This document shows, piece by piece, positions 14,895-29,779 of a DNA stretch of 64,000 nt. Position numbers and translations under genes: made by a program. The stretch comes from the human T2T-CHM13v2.0 reference genome, Homo sapiens. Numbering within the stretch: position 1 is the stretch's first letter; each line of letters starts with the position of its first letter. The notes below the pieces were generated by a model. The model saw only the letters and a program-made list of their open reading frames with translations. It had not been told where the DNA came from and did not search any database. The DNA is taken from NCBI RefSeq assembly GCF_009914755.1, contig NC_060946.1; one strand, 5' to 3'.

Positions 14895-16503
14895 TGAGCC
14901 ACTCAGTCTGCGAAACTTCGTTAGGACAGCCCTAATGTCATTGCCAAGCACAAACTGGCCAGTCCCCAGCCCTCACCCTGTGCCCTCCGCTGTTCTGACC
15001 TGTCTCATTTGCCAGTGGAACCTTCATTCCTCAAATAAGGAGTCGCTTCTCTGAGTCTCCAGTTGATCACTTGAAAAATTAGGATAATAATACCCACCTC
15101 CTACGGCTGTCACGCTCCTTCAATAAAATATGACAGAAAATGCACCTGGTTTGTAGCGATGCTCAGTAATTGCTGGCGGCAGTAATGTGACAGTTATTTT
15201 TACTGTTGTTTTTATGAATCGTGTTATTTTAATTAGCTGTCAGTTTCCAGGTCTGAGCTGGCCATCCTGGAGATAAAAGAGCCTCGTGGTTAGGGGCTCT
15301 GCTCACCACTATGTGCAGGGGAGGAGGCCACCTTGAGGATAAGGGAAAGATCTGCATGCATTGTGCAGACATTCACTCATTCACCACTTGTTGCTGCCTC
15401 TGTGCCCACACAATACCATGTCTGCCCCAAGGACGCAGCTACATTAAAAGCAATTGCAATGCTGCACGATCAGGGCTCTGAACTCGGGGACTTCGGGGGT
15501 CCAGAGGGCACCTGGCCCAGCCTGGAATAAGGTGGCATGTGCAGGAAGGCTTCTTGGAGCACGTGGCTTTTGAAATAAACATAAAAGGAAGAGAATCCAA
15601 GCTTCTGGGCTCCCAGCTTATTTGCTGTGTGACCTCGGGCCAGCCCCTTGCCTTCTCTGAGCCTCCTGAAATGAAAAACCAGGAGCAAGAGTTCACAGGC
15701 CACCAAGGCCTGCCCCCAGGAGAGACTCAGAGTTGTCACATCAGTTGAGCCTCAGGGTCCCCAGACTGTGCTGTCAAAGCCAGCTGAAGTAAAGATACTG
15801 GTTCCCCTGCAAGGGAGTCAGGCGGGTCATGCTTACATTCCAGCCAGCTCCCAAAGCTACATGCGTGAGGATAAGAAAAGAAACTCCAACAAACATCTGA
15901 AACATTTCACGGCTCCCTGCCCCGCTGTTCCAGTTGGAGAGAAAACAGAACGCTGAGCCAGTCTCGCTGACGACCCACACGCTGCCGCGGCCGAGCCTGG
16001 ACCATCCAATGGCATCCTGGTTCTTTTCATTCAATTTAGTCTCTGCGGTTGGCCACCTGCCTGTCCTTTTGAGCACTGAACTCGAGGGATAAATGGGGAA
16101 GCTGGAGCTGGGCAGATGTCACCGTTTCTGGGAGTTGCCGCTCGCTCACCACCTGGGATTTTGTTTTCCCCGTTGGAAGACAGAATATCCCAGCAACGTG
16201 CAATCCTTCTTTGCTGGCAGGTTTAAGGCCTCTTGTAAACAAGAGCCAAAGAAGGAGAGAGAAACACACTTTTGCCGTGTGCCTGTTCTGAGCCAGGCTC
16301 TGTGCGGCGCCTGATATCCTTTCAATCCTCTGTACCTATTTTACGAATAAGAAACGAAGAGGCAGGGAGCTGAGAGAGCCCCCTTGGGAGGTGAAATTAT
16401 CACTTGGAATGTCAAGCTTGCTCTAAACCAGGACATGGACTGAGATTTCAGGGCTGAGCAGTTTCGGGGGGATGGTTAAGCTGGTGGAGGGCTAAGGGGT
16501 ATG

Positions 16504-16907
16504 TGTTAAAGAGAAAAATTGCACCTGACCCGTGTTTAAAAATGGCAAAGAAGACTTTACCAAAGATGATTGTAACAGCGAACAGAGTTTGAACTCAACC
16601 TTGAAGACAGGAAGGACAGCTGGAAATTTATGGCCAAGGAGCAGAGTGAGGGGCAGTGGATGGAAAATTACTCAGAAGGACTAGATTTGACATCAAGGGT
16701 AGAGGACTTCCTGCTACCCAGGCCCGGTGGGATTCTTGCTAAAGGGACAAGGACTTAACGATCAAGAGTGGGAGAGAGGAACTTGATCTGAGATCAAGGG
16801 TGGGGGATTCTCTCCCTGAACTGACTTAGCGGGATTCTTTGCCAGCCAAGGTCAAGGCCTGTGCCAGAAGAGGGCTCAGAGACACCTGGCTAAAGTTTGG
16901 TCGAGGA
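16504..16907 (-). mobile_element. ERV1-class solo LTR (MER31/MER67-like)
   Basis: Starts tgttaaagagaaaaatt; contains tttatggccaaggagcag...agtggatggaaaattact and ggattcttgctaaa, as recalled for this family. Confidence 0.65.
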
Positions 16908-17801
16908 CGGCGCTCTGTCACGTGGAGGGGGAGACACTTAGGAGCAGGAGGTTGCGCACCACAGTGTGAATGTCCAAGTCTCCCCAGGGACGTGGCAGGG
17001 CTTCGAGGTATCCTAGGAGGTGGTGAGGGGCCGGGACAAATGCCCAGAGCCAGGGGGAGGTGGCGGGGGCACGCTGAGGATCCAGCAGGTACTGGACCCA
17101 GAGGTCTGGGGACCCCAGTGTGTGTGACAGACCCGAGGTTCTCAGTCGAAGTTTGGGGTCAGCAGGGGAGGAAAGAGATGCTGAATTAGGTTGGCAGGGT
17201 GAGGGCGGCAAAGGGCTCAGTGCTGGGTGTTGCTGAGGCAGTGGCTCAGGCCCCCTTGGTGTCCAGAAGGCATCCTCTGGGTGTCCATCAGGGACAGTAC
17301 CAGTCCTCCGCTGTAACTGTGTGCACCTTAATGGGAGCCATCTCCCCAGTTTCTTGCTAACAGAACACAGATTTGGTTAGGCGGCAATGTGCCTAGGCCC
17401 AGAGGGACCCCAGGATGAGCACCCTGGATGAGGGGTAGACCACACGTGTGGGGACATGCGTGTTACCTGGGCCCCCACCTGCGGTCCAGCAGACCTTGGT
17501 GAGGTTGGTGCTTGGGACTCCTCAGCTGCAGAGCTGAGTCCCAGTTCAGCCGCTTCCTGGTGGGGTGAACTCAGCCCTTGCTCAACTCAGCTTCCTAATC
17601 CTGAAAACAGGTAGTGAGGACACTTACTCCCCAGAGAGAGTCATGAGGATTTCATGGGCCCAAGCTCGGCCCATGGGGTTAGCGATGATGGCATGCTGCG
17701 GGGCTAGCTGGAGAGGAGCCATCCTCCCCATGGGGCTGCATGGGCGTGTGTGCAAAGGGCCAGGGGCAGGCTGGCTGAGGCAGCCTTCAAAGCTATCCGC
17801 T

Positions 17802-18206
<405 letters not shown>

Positions 18207-19385
18207 TCAGAGAGGCAAAGCAGCCCACTTAAGTCTGGCAGCCGGTGAGGAGTACAATGGAGACGCAAGTGTGGGCCTTGCCCTGCCCCACCCGGGGCTG
18301 CAGCAGGGTGGGCTGGGAAGGGATTTCTGAGACTGAGAACGGCGTAGGCAAAGGCTCAGAGGCAGGAAGGGGCCTGGAAACCCAGGGCACGCGAATGTTG
18401 GGTAGCATGGTGCCGAGCTGGGAAAGGCGCCTCTGGGGAGAGCAGGTCATGCCCAGACTGTGGCCCAGGGTTTCTGTAAATGGAGCTTCGCACAGTAGGC
18501 CCACGGCAGCCAGTGTAATTTGGAGAGAAAATTCCAACCGGATGAAAACAAATGTTCTTTGCTACTGCAGCTCCCTGCCCTGCAGGCCATCTCAGGCTGT
18601 TACAGCTGGCGGCCGGCTGGAGACTGCGAGCGGCAAGGAATTCGGAGCCAGGGCCAGGGCAGTGCTTCATTCCAGTGGAAACGTGTGCTAGCTGCGGATT
18701 TCTGGGTGGTGTGGTATGGGCTGGAGCCGGCTGGCATGGATGGAGGCACGCAAGGACGTGTGGGGGCTAGATCTGTCCCCCCAGGAATCCCACCAGCTTC
18801 CGTCATGACTCAGTTCTGGGACAGCCGAGGGCTTAGGAATTGGCTTGGGCTTTGCAGAGCAGACGTGGAAAGGTCAGCTCCACACTGGCCCAGTGTGGAG
18901 GCTGGCAGGGCCCAAACCAGAAAGGAAAAGTGGCCTGGCTCTGGCCTCGGTGATCTTGGTGTTCGGGTGTGTGCCGGCGAGCCTGCCTTCTCATCGGGGG
19001 GTGTGTGTGCCCCCAGGGCAAGGACTGTGCCCAAATGTGTCATTGTCGAATTCATCCAACAACTTCCGAACAGCAGTTGTGTGCCAAGCCCAAGCGGGCA
19101 CTGCGGGTGCCAAGGTAAATAGGTCTCAAGTTCTGTCTCCTCCCAGCTCCTTCCAGCACTGGGCTCCCGACTGGCACCGTCAGGCTCTGGAATGAACCAG
19201 GCCTGGGTTCAATTCTGCCTCAGCCCTGACTGTGAGAGCCTGGACAAGTCACTGTCTCCCCTAGACCTGGCTTCCCCTGAGAAGGGCAGGGGTAAGGGTG
19301 CTGTCGCAGCAGTTACTGGGGTAGTGATCCTGGAGTCTCGAATAACTCAGGCTCTTTAAATCCTAGAACTCTGATGAATCACCCA

Positions 19386-19765
19386 TGCTATGGGCTCGGT
19401 TATGGCCCCCAAAATTCATGTGTTGAAATCCTAACTCCCATACCTCCACATGTGGCTGTACCTGGAGACAGGGCCTTTAAAGAGGTGACTAAGTTAGAAT
19501 GCAGTCAATGGGGTGGGCCCTAATCCAGTAGGACTGGTTTCCTTATAAGAAGAGGAGACTGGGACACAGACACCCACAGAGGGACAATCAGGTGGCCAAA
19601 GACACTGGGAGAAGGTGGCATCTACGCACCAAGGAAGAGAGGCCTCAGGAGGAACCACCCAGCTGGGACCTTGGCCTCCTGAGTGGTGAGAAGATGGCTG
19701 TCTGTTGTTGAAGCTGCCCCGTCCATCGGTGCTGCCTTGGTATATGGCAACTCGAGCAAAACACA
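19386..19765 (+). mobile_element. MaLR solo LTR (MLT1A/B-like)
   Basis: tgctatggg...cccccaaaattcatgtgttgaaatcctaa...gggccctaatccagtaggactggtttccttataagaagagg. Confidence 0.85.
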
Positions 19766-19963
19766 AGCCGCACTGCAGACCTTCTCAGGCTGGAGTCCCC
19801 CTGCAGGGTACCCGCCGTGGGCCCCTGGCTGGCAGTTTTACTGGGGTTCAGTTCTAGAGGAGGCAGGGCTCCCAGCCCCAAGCCTGTCCAAGACGATTCT
19901 CTACCCAGAGGATCCCAAATGTTTCTCTCAAAGGAATGCCTTCCACCGTCCCTGACGGAGCAC

Positions 19964-20260
19964 AGCCAGGGGTTAGTTATAGCCAGGGGTTAGTTACAGC
20001 CAGGAGTTAGTTACAGCCAGGGGTTAGTTATAGCCAGGGGTTAGTTATAGCCAGGGGTTAGTTACAGCCAGGGGTTAGTTATAGCCAGGGGTTAGTTACA
20101 GCCAGGGGTTAGTTATAGCCAGGGGTTAGTTATAGCCAGGGGTTAGTTACAGCCAGGGGTTAGTTATAGCCAGGGGTTAGTTACAGCCAGGGGTTAGTTA
20201 TAGCCAGGGGTTAGTTACAGCCAGGGGTTAGTTACAGCCAGGGGTTAGTTATAGCCAGGG
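19964..20260. repeat. Minisatellite, 17-bp unit AGCCAGGGGTTAGTTAY x 17.5
   Basis: 17 full units plus AGCCAGGG; the only variation is the terminal T/C and one G>A in unit 3. Confidence 0.98.
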
Positions 20261-23200
20261 CCCGGCTTCTGCCTCCAGGGACTGTTCTTAGGGACGCTCT
20301 AGTTCCAAAGATACTTTCGGCCGTAGCATCCTGGTTGAAAAACCACATAGAGGAACAAGCAGTTGAGTGAGCCCTGGTGGGTCCATTCAATGGAGTCCAA
20401 AGTAGCTTACACCAGTTGGTCTGAAAGTTACACCCAGGGAAATGCAGAAGGTGACCGATGCCTATTGAATGACCCTCCAAGCAGCGCCTGGCTCCAAGAA
20501 ATGCTTTCTGTAAGTTATCTTGTTTATTTTTCTTCCTAAGGAAGCTAGATATTTTTGTCCCTATTTTACACACAAGACTAAAGAACATCTCAAAGGCAGG
20601 GATTTGGTCTCCCTCACTTCCCTTCCCAGCACCCAGGACCCAGCACAAGGCTCCATCCAGTTGACCATAGCAGCAAACATGGGCACCCACTGGCTGTGTG
20701 CTGGCCACACCCTGAGCCCTTGACATGGGCTGGCTTATACCATGCTCAATGCCCATGGCAAATACTGTGTCAGACCCATTTCACAGATAAAGAATCTGAA
20801 GCCCAGAGGGGCTGTGACTTGTCCAAGGTAAACGCCTAGAACGTGGGGGTGCCAGGAGTCACCCCTGGCACTGCTGGGCTCCTAGCCCAAGTGTGCAGAC
20901 GCTGGCTATCCTGCCTCTCAGCCCACGGTAGTTGAAGGACTGAATGAGCGAGTGGCCCTGCTACGTCCTGGCTGCGGGGTCTGCAGTAAGTCCCCTAGAC
21001 CTGCTAAGCCCCAGTGTCCTCATCTGTAAAATGGGCTTCCCCCGCTCCCCACCAGGAGCTGCCTTGTGTTGCTGAGAGAGATGTGGCCTGATTCCAGAGA
21101 CTCGGCCTCGTTGGGTGGACTGCCGGCTTTGTGGGGGCAGGGAGGGCGGGGAGCATGGGGCCATCTGCAGCCCCTGGTGCCTGACTATGAGTGTCTGATG
21201 AAGGACCTCACCCTAGGACTTGGGGCCCTCAAGGCATGGTGACTCACCCCGGCTCCTTCCTTCCTCCATGGCCCTGTGTCACTGGCTTAGGAGCCCCCAG
21301 CTCAGCAGCCTGCGTGAGCGAGCCCCAAGTGCTCTCAGACCAGCCCAGGCTCACACCCAGGACATGAGGCCACGACGACCACCTGGCACATCCCTCTGCT
21401 CGCCACAGCCCCGGCCCTGATGGCTCCCAGCCCTCTGGAAGGGCCAGCCCGGCTGGATCAGGAACGCCAGTCCGGAGAGTAATGAGGGTTCCCTGTGGAA
21501 TGAGAGAGACTCCACATGGTTGGCGGCGGCGCCTGGACGGTAGCCAGCACTTTTCCAGGGCATTCCGGGAATCCCGCTCTGGCCCCTTGTCTGACGCACT
21601 TTGAGTCAGCACTTGAGCCAGACGGCCGCTCTGGGCTGGCCAAGAGACAGGCCAAGCGTCCCCACAGGAGCGCTAGTTGTGTGAGGGAGCCCAGAGTCCC
21701 CTGACTTAAACGGGCCTGGCTCACTGCCCCCATTTCACAGATGAGAACACCAAGGTCCAGAGGCAGGGCAACCTGTCCACCCTGGATACTCCCTGTCAAT
21801 CATCAGAGTGGCTCCCCTCAGCCCCTGCTCACCCCATCCTCCATCCTGCCGCATTTATAATTGCAGTGGTGGGATCATCCTGACCCCACCTCCCCCTGGG
21901 GGGGCTCGCCCTGACCTGAGGAAGGAGGGGCTGGGCCTCAGGCACAGGGAAGAGGCCCTGGGACTGCCACATCCCAGGTCACACACCCCCATCCCCGGGG
22001 GACAGAGGCTTCATCTGGTTATTTATGGAACTGCCACTCTGTGCCAGAGCCTGCCCAGGACACGGTTTCTGCCTTTGAAGACATGCATGGAAGGAGTGAC
22101 CTCCAGGCCAGAGCGATAAATGCCGAAATGAGGGGAGCACAGTGGGAGGACGGAGCACAGGGATGGAGGCGCTGGGGACAGCCTCCTGAGTCAGCCAGAG
22201 AAGCCAGCCCAGGGCCCGTGGCTGCTGGGGTTCAAGCAGAAGTCCCTCTAGGCAGCGGCCCCTAAGGTTGTCAGTGGGGCCTTGGCTGGGGTGCGAATGG
22301 GGGTAGGACTGAGCCATCCCCCACAAGCCAAGCCAGGAGGTCACCCTGGAGGAAGGGGCCTGACTGTAATTGGTACAAGGGTGCAACATGAGCTGGTAGC
22401 TGCTTAAGGAGAAGGATGAGGGGTGCCAGCCAGCCAGCCAAGTGCTTAACAACTGTCCCCTGGGGACATCTTGGGGTTTATGCTAAGGTCTGGGAACAAA
22501 CTCTGGGCTACTCTAGGAGCTGTGGGACAAAAGGACTTGTTCTTTCAGCCAAATTGGACCCAGAAGAAAGGGTGGATCCTGGAAGCTGGAGCAGGGGGCG
22601 GCATTGCCAATCAGGAACCCATGGGGAGGGTCTCCAGGACCACCCAAGAGGCCCAGCCTCAGCTCACAGCCGTGTCTGTCCAGGGAGACCCGGCGCCCCC
22701 GCTCCCCTGCCAAAAAAATCCTTCCTTGCTTCCCTGGGCAGGCCCAGCCCTGGAGGGGCAAGAGCAACACCCAGCAAGAGGGAGGGGACAGAGGAGAAAC
22801 TGACCGCACCCCTCCCCGATCCCTGGACTATGCGGAGCTGAGCTGAGCTGAGCTGGCGGAGGAGGAAACTCTAAATTCTAAGAGTCTCAAATTTAATACA
22901 AGAGCCGCCTGGACTTTGCATTACCCAAAGCCCCTGGAAAAACGACGTGAAATAGCTGCAGTTCCTTGCAAGGGGGGAGAGTGAGTCTGCCAGACAGGAG
23001 TGAAGGGGGGAATTGAGAAAGAATGAATAAAGTGCTGTATGGATGTTAAACTTGTTGAATTGTCACAGGCGCCCTTTGAGTGGAGCCTGTTACCATGCTT
23101 GCTTTCCAGAGGGAGCCACTGAGGCACAGAGAGGCTAAAGGATGCCCCAGGGTCACACAGCCAGCACACAGCAGAGCTGGAATCGGATGGGGCAGGCTGG

Positions 23201-23562
23201 CCCCAGCGGGTACCCTTCCTGGCCTGTGGTGCTGCTTCCCAGCAGACACACTTGCGTGTCTGTTGATTCATCCCCTCCCCGTCTCCATGATGCTAATGCC
23301 AGCTGCATGGATGGAGGACCTGCTAGGAGCCCCGCGCCCCGCAGCACTTTGCAAGCATCACACGTCATCTGGTGGAACTCCCATTTGCAGGTGGAGACAA
23401 CTTTGATCTCAAAGGAATTCATCTCAAACAGTGAAACCAGAATCCCAAGAAAGATGTGGGAGGGATTTTCCGAGAAAACCTCCCCACGTTCCGAAGACAG
23501 AGACCTGTCACACAGGGCCAAGGAAAAATCATGGAGCTGGGAGCAGGAGGCCTGGGTATGAG

Positions 23563-24185
23563 TAATAACAGTCTAACCAAGTATCCCCACTTTTCTAAGA
23601 AAAATATAATGAGTTATTATTTTTTATTATCTTTCTCTTTTCTCTGATTCCCCTTATTCCCTACTTCCTACTTATCCCTTTAGAAATGCAATTATAACCT
23701 TTTGCCTCCCCTGCACCTGAGGCTTGCTACAGGCCAAGTCCATCTAGCTATGTGCTTAGACACTCCAGAGTGGAACTCTCACCCACCAGGAGGTTGCCTC
23801 GGGAGATAACAGTCCATCGACGATCCAAAGGATGTCCGTGACAAAACTCTCTCCCACCTGGAGAGTTTTCAGCTGCTTTACAACCTAGTCCTGCCCATGA
23901 AGGTGCCAGCAGTCACCAGTTTTACCACCGCCTGGTAGATAAAGCACCAAGTTAGCGCACAGACCCCCCAAACCTGCTCGCTTCCTCCCTGTGTGCCGTT
24001 CATGTTAGGCCCCCTTCAAAAAGCACTTGCCTTCTGCTCCAAAAGTCAAGCCTTAAGGCAGGAAGCCTGTACTTCTTCCCCTAAGCTAGCTTGGGAATAA
24101 AAAGTGACTTTCTTTATATTGGACCTCAGTCTTGTTAATTGAACTCTGCAAGGGGCAAGCAATGGAACCTGTGTTTTGGTTATGA
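23563..24185 (+). mobile_element. ERV-type solo LTR, subfamily unassigned
   Basis: ~620 bp block with LTR layout: aataaa at 24096-24101 followed by a U5-like tail (cttgttaattgaactctgcaagg...ttggttatgac). Confidence 0.65.
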
Positions 24186-24899
24186 CGGCGACAGCTGTTG
24201 TGTGCCAGGTGCACACTCTGTGAGCCACCCATGGTTTTCAGTGTTTTACACACATTATCTCATTGAGTCTTCCCACAACCCCAGGATGGAAAGACAGCAA
24301 ACAGACCCAACTTACAGACAAAGCCACCGAGCCCCGAGGGGTCAAGCGTCCTGCCTGAGGTCACAGAAAGTGAAAGCCAGCCAGAGGACAGAGCCCACCC
24401 TCCCACATCCCCTTGGCTGCCCTGGTGGGGCCACAGATGCTTCCCCTGAAGGCATCTGTGACTCAGCTCCCCATTGTGAAGCGGCTGTGGGCTGCATCCT
24501 GGGTTTCAAGGTCTCTCTGGTCTCTGGCATCCTGGGACCCCACCCTCCAGCTTCTCCATCCTATTTCTCCTCCAGCTTCTGCTCACCTGCTTTGGCCCCC
24601 ACTGTGCAGTGCAGCCTTGTCACAAAGTGCTGGACACCCTCTTGGGGTAGAATTGGCGGATTTTCATGGCACTTTGGCTGGTACTAGCATGTGCCCCCCT
24701 AATACCAGCAAGCAGCAAAGATAGTGAGCCCATAGCCACTTGTGACAGCTGTTCCCTTCCCGCTTCCCCTACCTCCCCCAACCATATCTTCCTTAAATAA
24801 ACAATAATTTCCATAGACTAAAAAAGGCCACAGCCCTCCCTCCTTCTCTCCTTGGCCTGTGCTGTCCCCTCCCACACTGACCCTGGGCCTGCCCATGTG

Positions 24900-25282
24900 A
24901 CCGGCTTCGGTGTGATGCAGACAGAGGCTTGGAAAGCCCTAGTGTGTTAGGGTTTGTCCACTCAGTACACTGGGAACATTGAGGCCACCAAGTCAGTGAG
25001 CCTGAGGCAGTCTGCTGCACAGGCCACAAGGGGAAACTGAGGGGCCCCAGGCTACCATCTGCCAGGCACCAGACAAACAAGTGAGCCCACCTGAGATCAT
25101 GTCATCACCAACCAACCTTCCAGCTGACCACAGAGCATGATATTACCCTGCAGATAAGAGTTCAGCCCAGCCAGCCCCCAAAACGGCTCAGGCAGCCCAC
25201 AGAGTCATGAGCTCAAGAAATCACTGATTTTAAGCCGCAGAGATTTGGGCTGGTTTCTTACATGGCAAAAACTAACTGACAC
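24900..25282 (+). mobile_element. Old MaLR LTR (MLT1G/H-like) remnant
   Basis: 3' end ttttaagccgcagagatttgggctggtttcttacatggcaaaaactaactgacaca; 5' boundary uncertain. Confidence 0.65.
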
Positions 25283-25911
25283 AGCCACTAACGTTTGATT
25301 TGAGGATTGGGTATTAGGTGTAAGTGTTCAAGACTTCTGTGCATTGGAAGAATTGCTTTCAGGGCAGACTGGCCTGAAAATTATTCTTTACACCAAAAGC
25401 TTAAGTTTCTAAAACCTGCTCAGAGCTCTAGCATGGACCTCAAAGGGTGGCTGATGGAACAGCAGAGGTGTCCTGATGCAGAGACACAGGGTCATTCCCA
25501 AGGACTTAGGTCTGGGGACAGGTGTTTTACAGGCTCCTTTAGGGGTGGCAAGTCTCCCGGAAACGTGATTAGTGAAGACACATTAACAGCGAAACTGACA
25601 GAGAACCTCAACATTCTCTGGTAGGAAAAGCCAGGATCCTGGCAGAGGAAGCAACGATTCGAGCAGGGAACTGTGCAGGACAGAGAACAATGCGGCCCCA
25701 ATTTTGATCCAGGGGTAATTAGCTTAGCTAAGGAGTTCCCCAGTCCCTAAGTGGAGAAGGGATCCAGAACCCCACAATTTATTTTTATATCTTAGTGTAT
25801 GTATCTATGCATCACATATGATAAGACAGAATATTTATACAGATATTTTAGTTAATGGCCTAATAAAACATATACATAATTATTATTCCAGAGCAAGGTT
25901 CTGCAAAACAC

Positions 25912-26228
<317 letters not shown>

Positions 26229-28740
26229 TGCAAAACACTTTAAATTTTCTTCATAAAGTCCTGACAGTCCCCAAACACTGTGACAGACAGATACCTGCTC
26301 TGGGGACCAGTTACATCTTCCTGAAGGTGTGGAGTCCCTTCGCTGGATGAGGTTGTTGGGTTTCATCTGACTGTCCAGGCAATGCAGTGAGGCAGGTGGG
26401 AGCCCATTTTACAGACCGGGAAACCAAAGCCTAGAAAGTTGAGATGGGTTGTTCAACGTCCTCCACCTGGTACACGGCAGGCCTGGGAGTCCAACCGAGC
26501 CAGCCCCTCTGACTGCACACCCAGCAGACCTTTCCCAGCGTCATAGGCACTAGAACCAATGCCATCTCCCTTCTTCCTGCTGATGGAGGGACAGACCCTT
26601 GCTCTGCTGGCCCCACAGCCAACCCTCGGGTCTTCCTTGGAGCTCTTCCCTGCAAGTGAGCACCTAGATGAAGGCCCTGGTCAGCTGCAGGGGAGTCGGG
26701 GGGAACTCCTCCAGGGTGGGATCCACATTCAGCCTGGCTTCCAGGGGTGTCAATGAGAACCCAACCTCCAAATGTTCCTTGGCTAATGGTAGGAAGATAA
26801 CTGGGTGTCAGCCGGGGGCCCTCTTGGGAGAGGCGGGGTTTAAGCGCGTCTTTATTTCCAAGGTTGCATCTGCCCAGAGCAGGAGATTGGGTTTGTTTGT
26901 ACTGCAGCGGGTCTTTTCAGCCGGTGGGTACATTTGGCAGCAGCTTCCAATCTGATTAATTCTTCCATGCCTTGGAGGGGCCCAGAGGCTAGGCAGCAGC
27001 CGGGGCTCTTTCATTTGTCTGGGAGGAAAACACATGACTGCTTAGCTAGGGCAGGTAGCGGTGACGAATTTGTCCTCCCCAGGTGGGGGCTTGGGGCCAG
27101 AGACGGAGAAAGCAGTCTTCTTCAGTGCTTCCCTGCACAAAGCTGGTGGCAGGCAACACCCGGGCAAAGTTGGGACGCTCACGTCCGGCAGAGGCAGCGG
27201 GCCAGCACTCTGTAGGGCATTGGCACCTTGCCGCCAGCCCCCGCCCGGCATGTATGCCCACAGTGGTCTGCCTGCTCTGCCGGCCTCGACCCTCCTGCCT
27301 CCAGGCCTTTGCCCTTGCTGGTTCCCCTGCCTGGAGCGCTGTACCTGCAGCCTTTTGATGTTATTTCCAAAGGCGGTTACAAAAGCAGGCTGCCAAGAGC
27401 ACCTCCTGCAGGGGACGACCCGCATGGCACCTTCTCTGGAGACTGCCAGCCCCTGCCTGGTGTAGCTGCCTGCAATCCCACCCTGGCCACCTTACCTGCT
27501 CTACTATTATTTCTTCTCTCTGCACTTACTGTCACCCCTTATGTGGTTGTTGATTGCCTGTCCTTCCCTCTCCAGGATGTTAACCACAGGGACAGAGACT
27601 TTTGCGTATTTTGTCGGTACCGGACGAACCCTTCACAGGGGGATAACTGTGCTCCACCATTATCAGCTAAATGCTTGAGGACAAGGAGACGGCTTTGAGC
27701 CTCATCACCATCTTTTCAGGTGGGGCAGACAGGCCAGGATTAATACCCCATTTTGCCAGCAGGAGAAACTGAGGCTCAACAAAAGGAGATTTGCCTGATG
27801 TTACCGAAAAGGTGACAGGCAGAGTCAGGCAGAAGCCCAGGTCCAAGCCAGCCAGCACCAGGGACCCTCACACAGGGAATGTGGTGGGGAGCAGCTCTCT
27901 GCAAAGCTTGCCGTCCCTCAGGATGGGGGGTACAATGTGGTCATCACCAATAACGTGCCGTTGCAAACTGAGGAGTGGGTACTTGAAGGGTGGCTCACAG
28001 GTGACCTAGCCTGGCCCTGGCATAGGCCACATTTGGGCTGAGACAAAAGGGTGGGCAGGAACCCTCAACTGGCTTCGGGGAGAGAGTGGGGGAATATTCT
28101 CAGGCTGGGGGCAGTTTGTGCAAAAGCCCTGAGGCAGGACCTCAGCATGCATTTGAGGCAGTGACAGATGCTCAGGGGGGCCCATACCAAGAGCGGAAGA
28201 GCTGCTGGCCCATCATGGGCTGGGCCAGAGCCTGCAGGGCCTTGTGGGCTATGCTGAGATGTTCGACCTTTACCCGAGGGAAAGGAGGCCCTTGAAGGTT
28301 TTATGTGGGGTGATGTCACGAGGTCTGAGGACCCAGACTTAGATGTTGGGGACTCTCTCTGGCCACCAGCCCCGGTCTCCTGGCAGCCCAGGCCCCATCG
28401 GGTGTGGAAGCACTTCGGGCATTTCTGCAGCATCCAAACCAGATGTCGCCGGCTGCCTTAATGACCTGTTGATCCTCCAAATGCCAGGAATCAATTTCCT
28501 GCTGCTCTGTTGCCAGGATCTGGCTGAAGATGCCCCTTGCGAGGGCAGCGGCACACATGGGCCTCAAGGGTGGCCTCCGGGGAAGTGGTGGGGTCGGAGA
28601 CACAGCTCAGATTCTTGGGGCACAACAGCGGATTGGGGGACCAGTGTAGGACCCCGTGCAGAAGGCACAACATTTTTCTAGTAGGTTTCGATGTGGCAGC
28701 ACATTTCTGTCGCCTCCATCACAAATACTCACAAAGCTCC

Positions 28741-29514
<774 letters not shown>

Positions 29515-29695
29515 GCCCCCAGCTCTGGCTCTGGCCGTGGGAGATTCCTTGAATTACTATGACAAAGAGCCCTCTGAGTGGAACTGGTTGCTTTGGGGGC
29601 CACCAGACACCTGCACCCTGTCCTGTCCTGGTGAGTTCACCATTGTTTGACTCTTCTACTAGGGAAGTGCCCAGGCCAGGAGGCTGAGGTCATTG

Positions 29696-29779
29696 GCTCC
29701 AACTGGGTCAGCCAATCAGAGGCTCCCCTGGGACTTTGCTCCAGCTGGCTCAGCCAATCAGAGGCTTCCCTGGGACTTT
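29696..29779. repeat. 42-bp tandem duplication, each copy with a CCAAT box
   Basis: gctccaactgggtcagccaatcagaggctcccctgggacttt / gctccagctggctcagccaatcagaggcttccctgggacttt. Confidence 0.93.

Noticed and set aside
19964-20260. Interstitial telomeric sequence
   Set aside because: No tandem TTAGGG; only a single GGGTTAG word per 17-bp unit.
22835-22854. (GAGCT)4 immunoglobulin switch-like pentamers
   Set aside because: Only four copies; switch regions span kilobases and no Ig exons are present.
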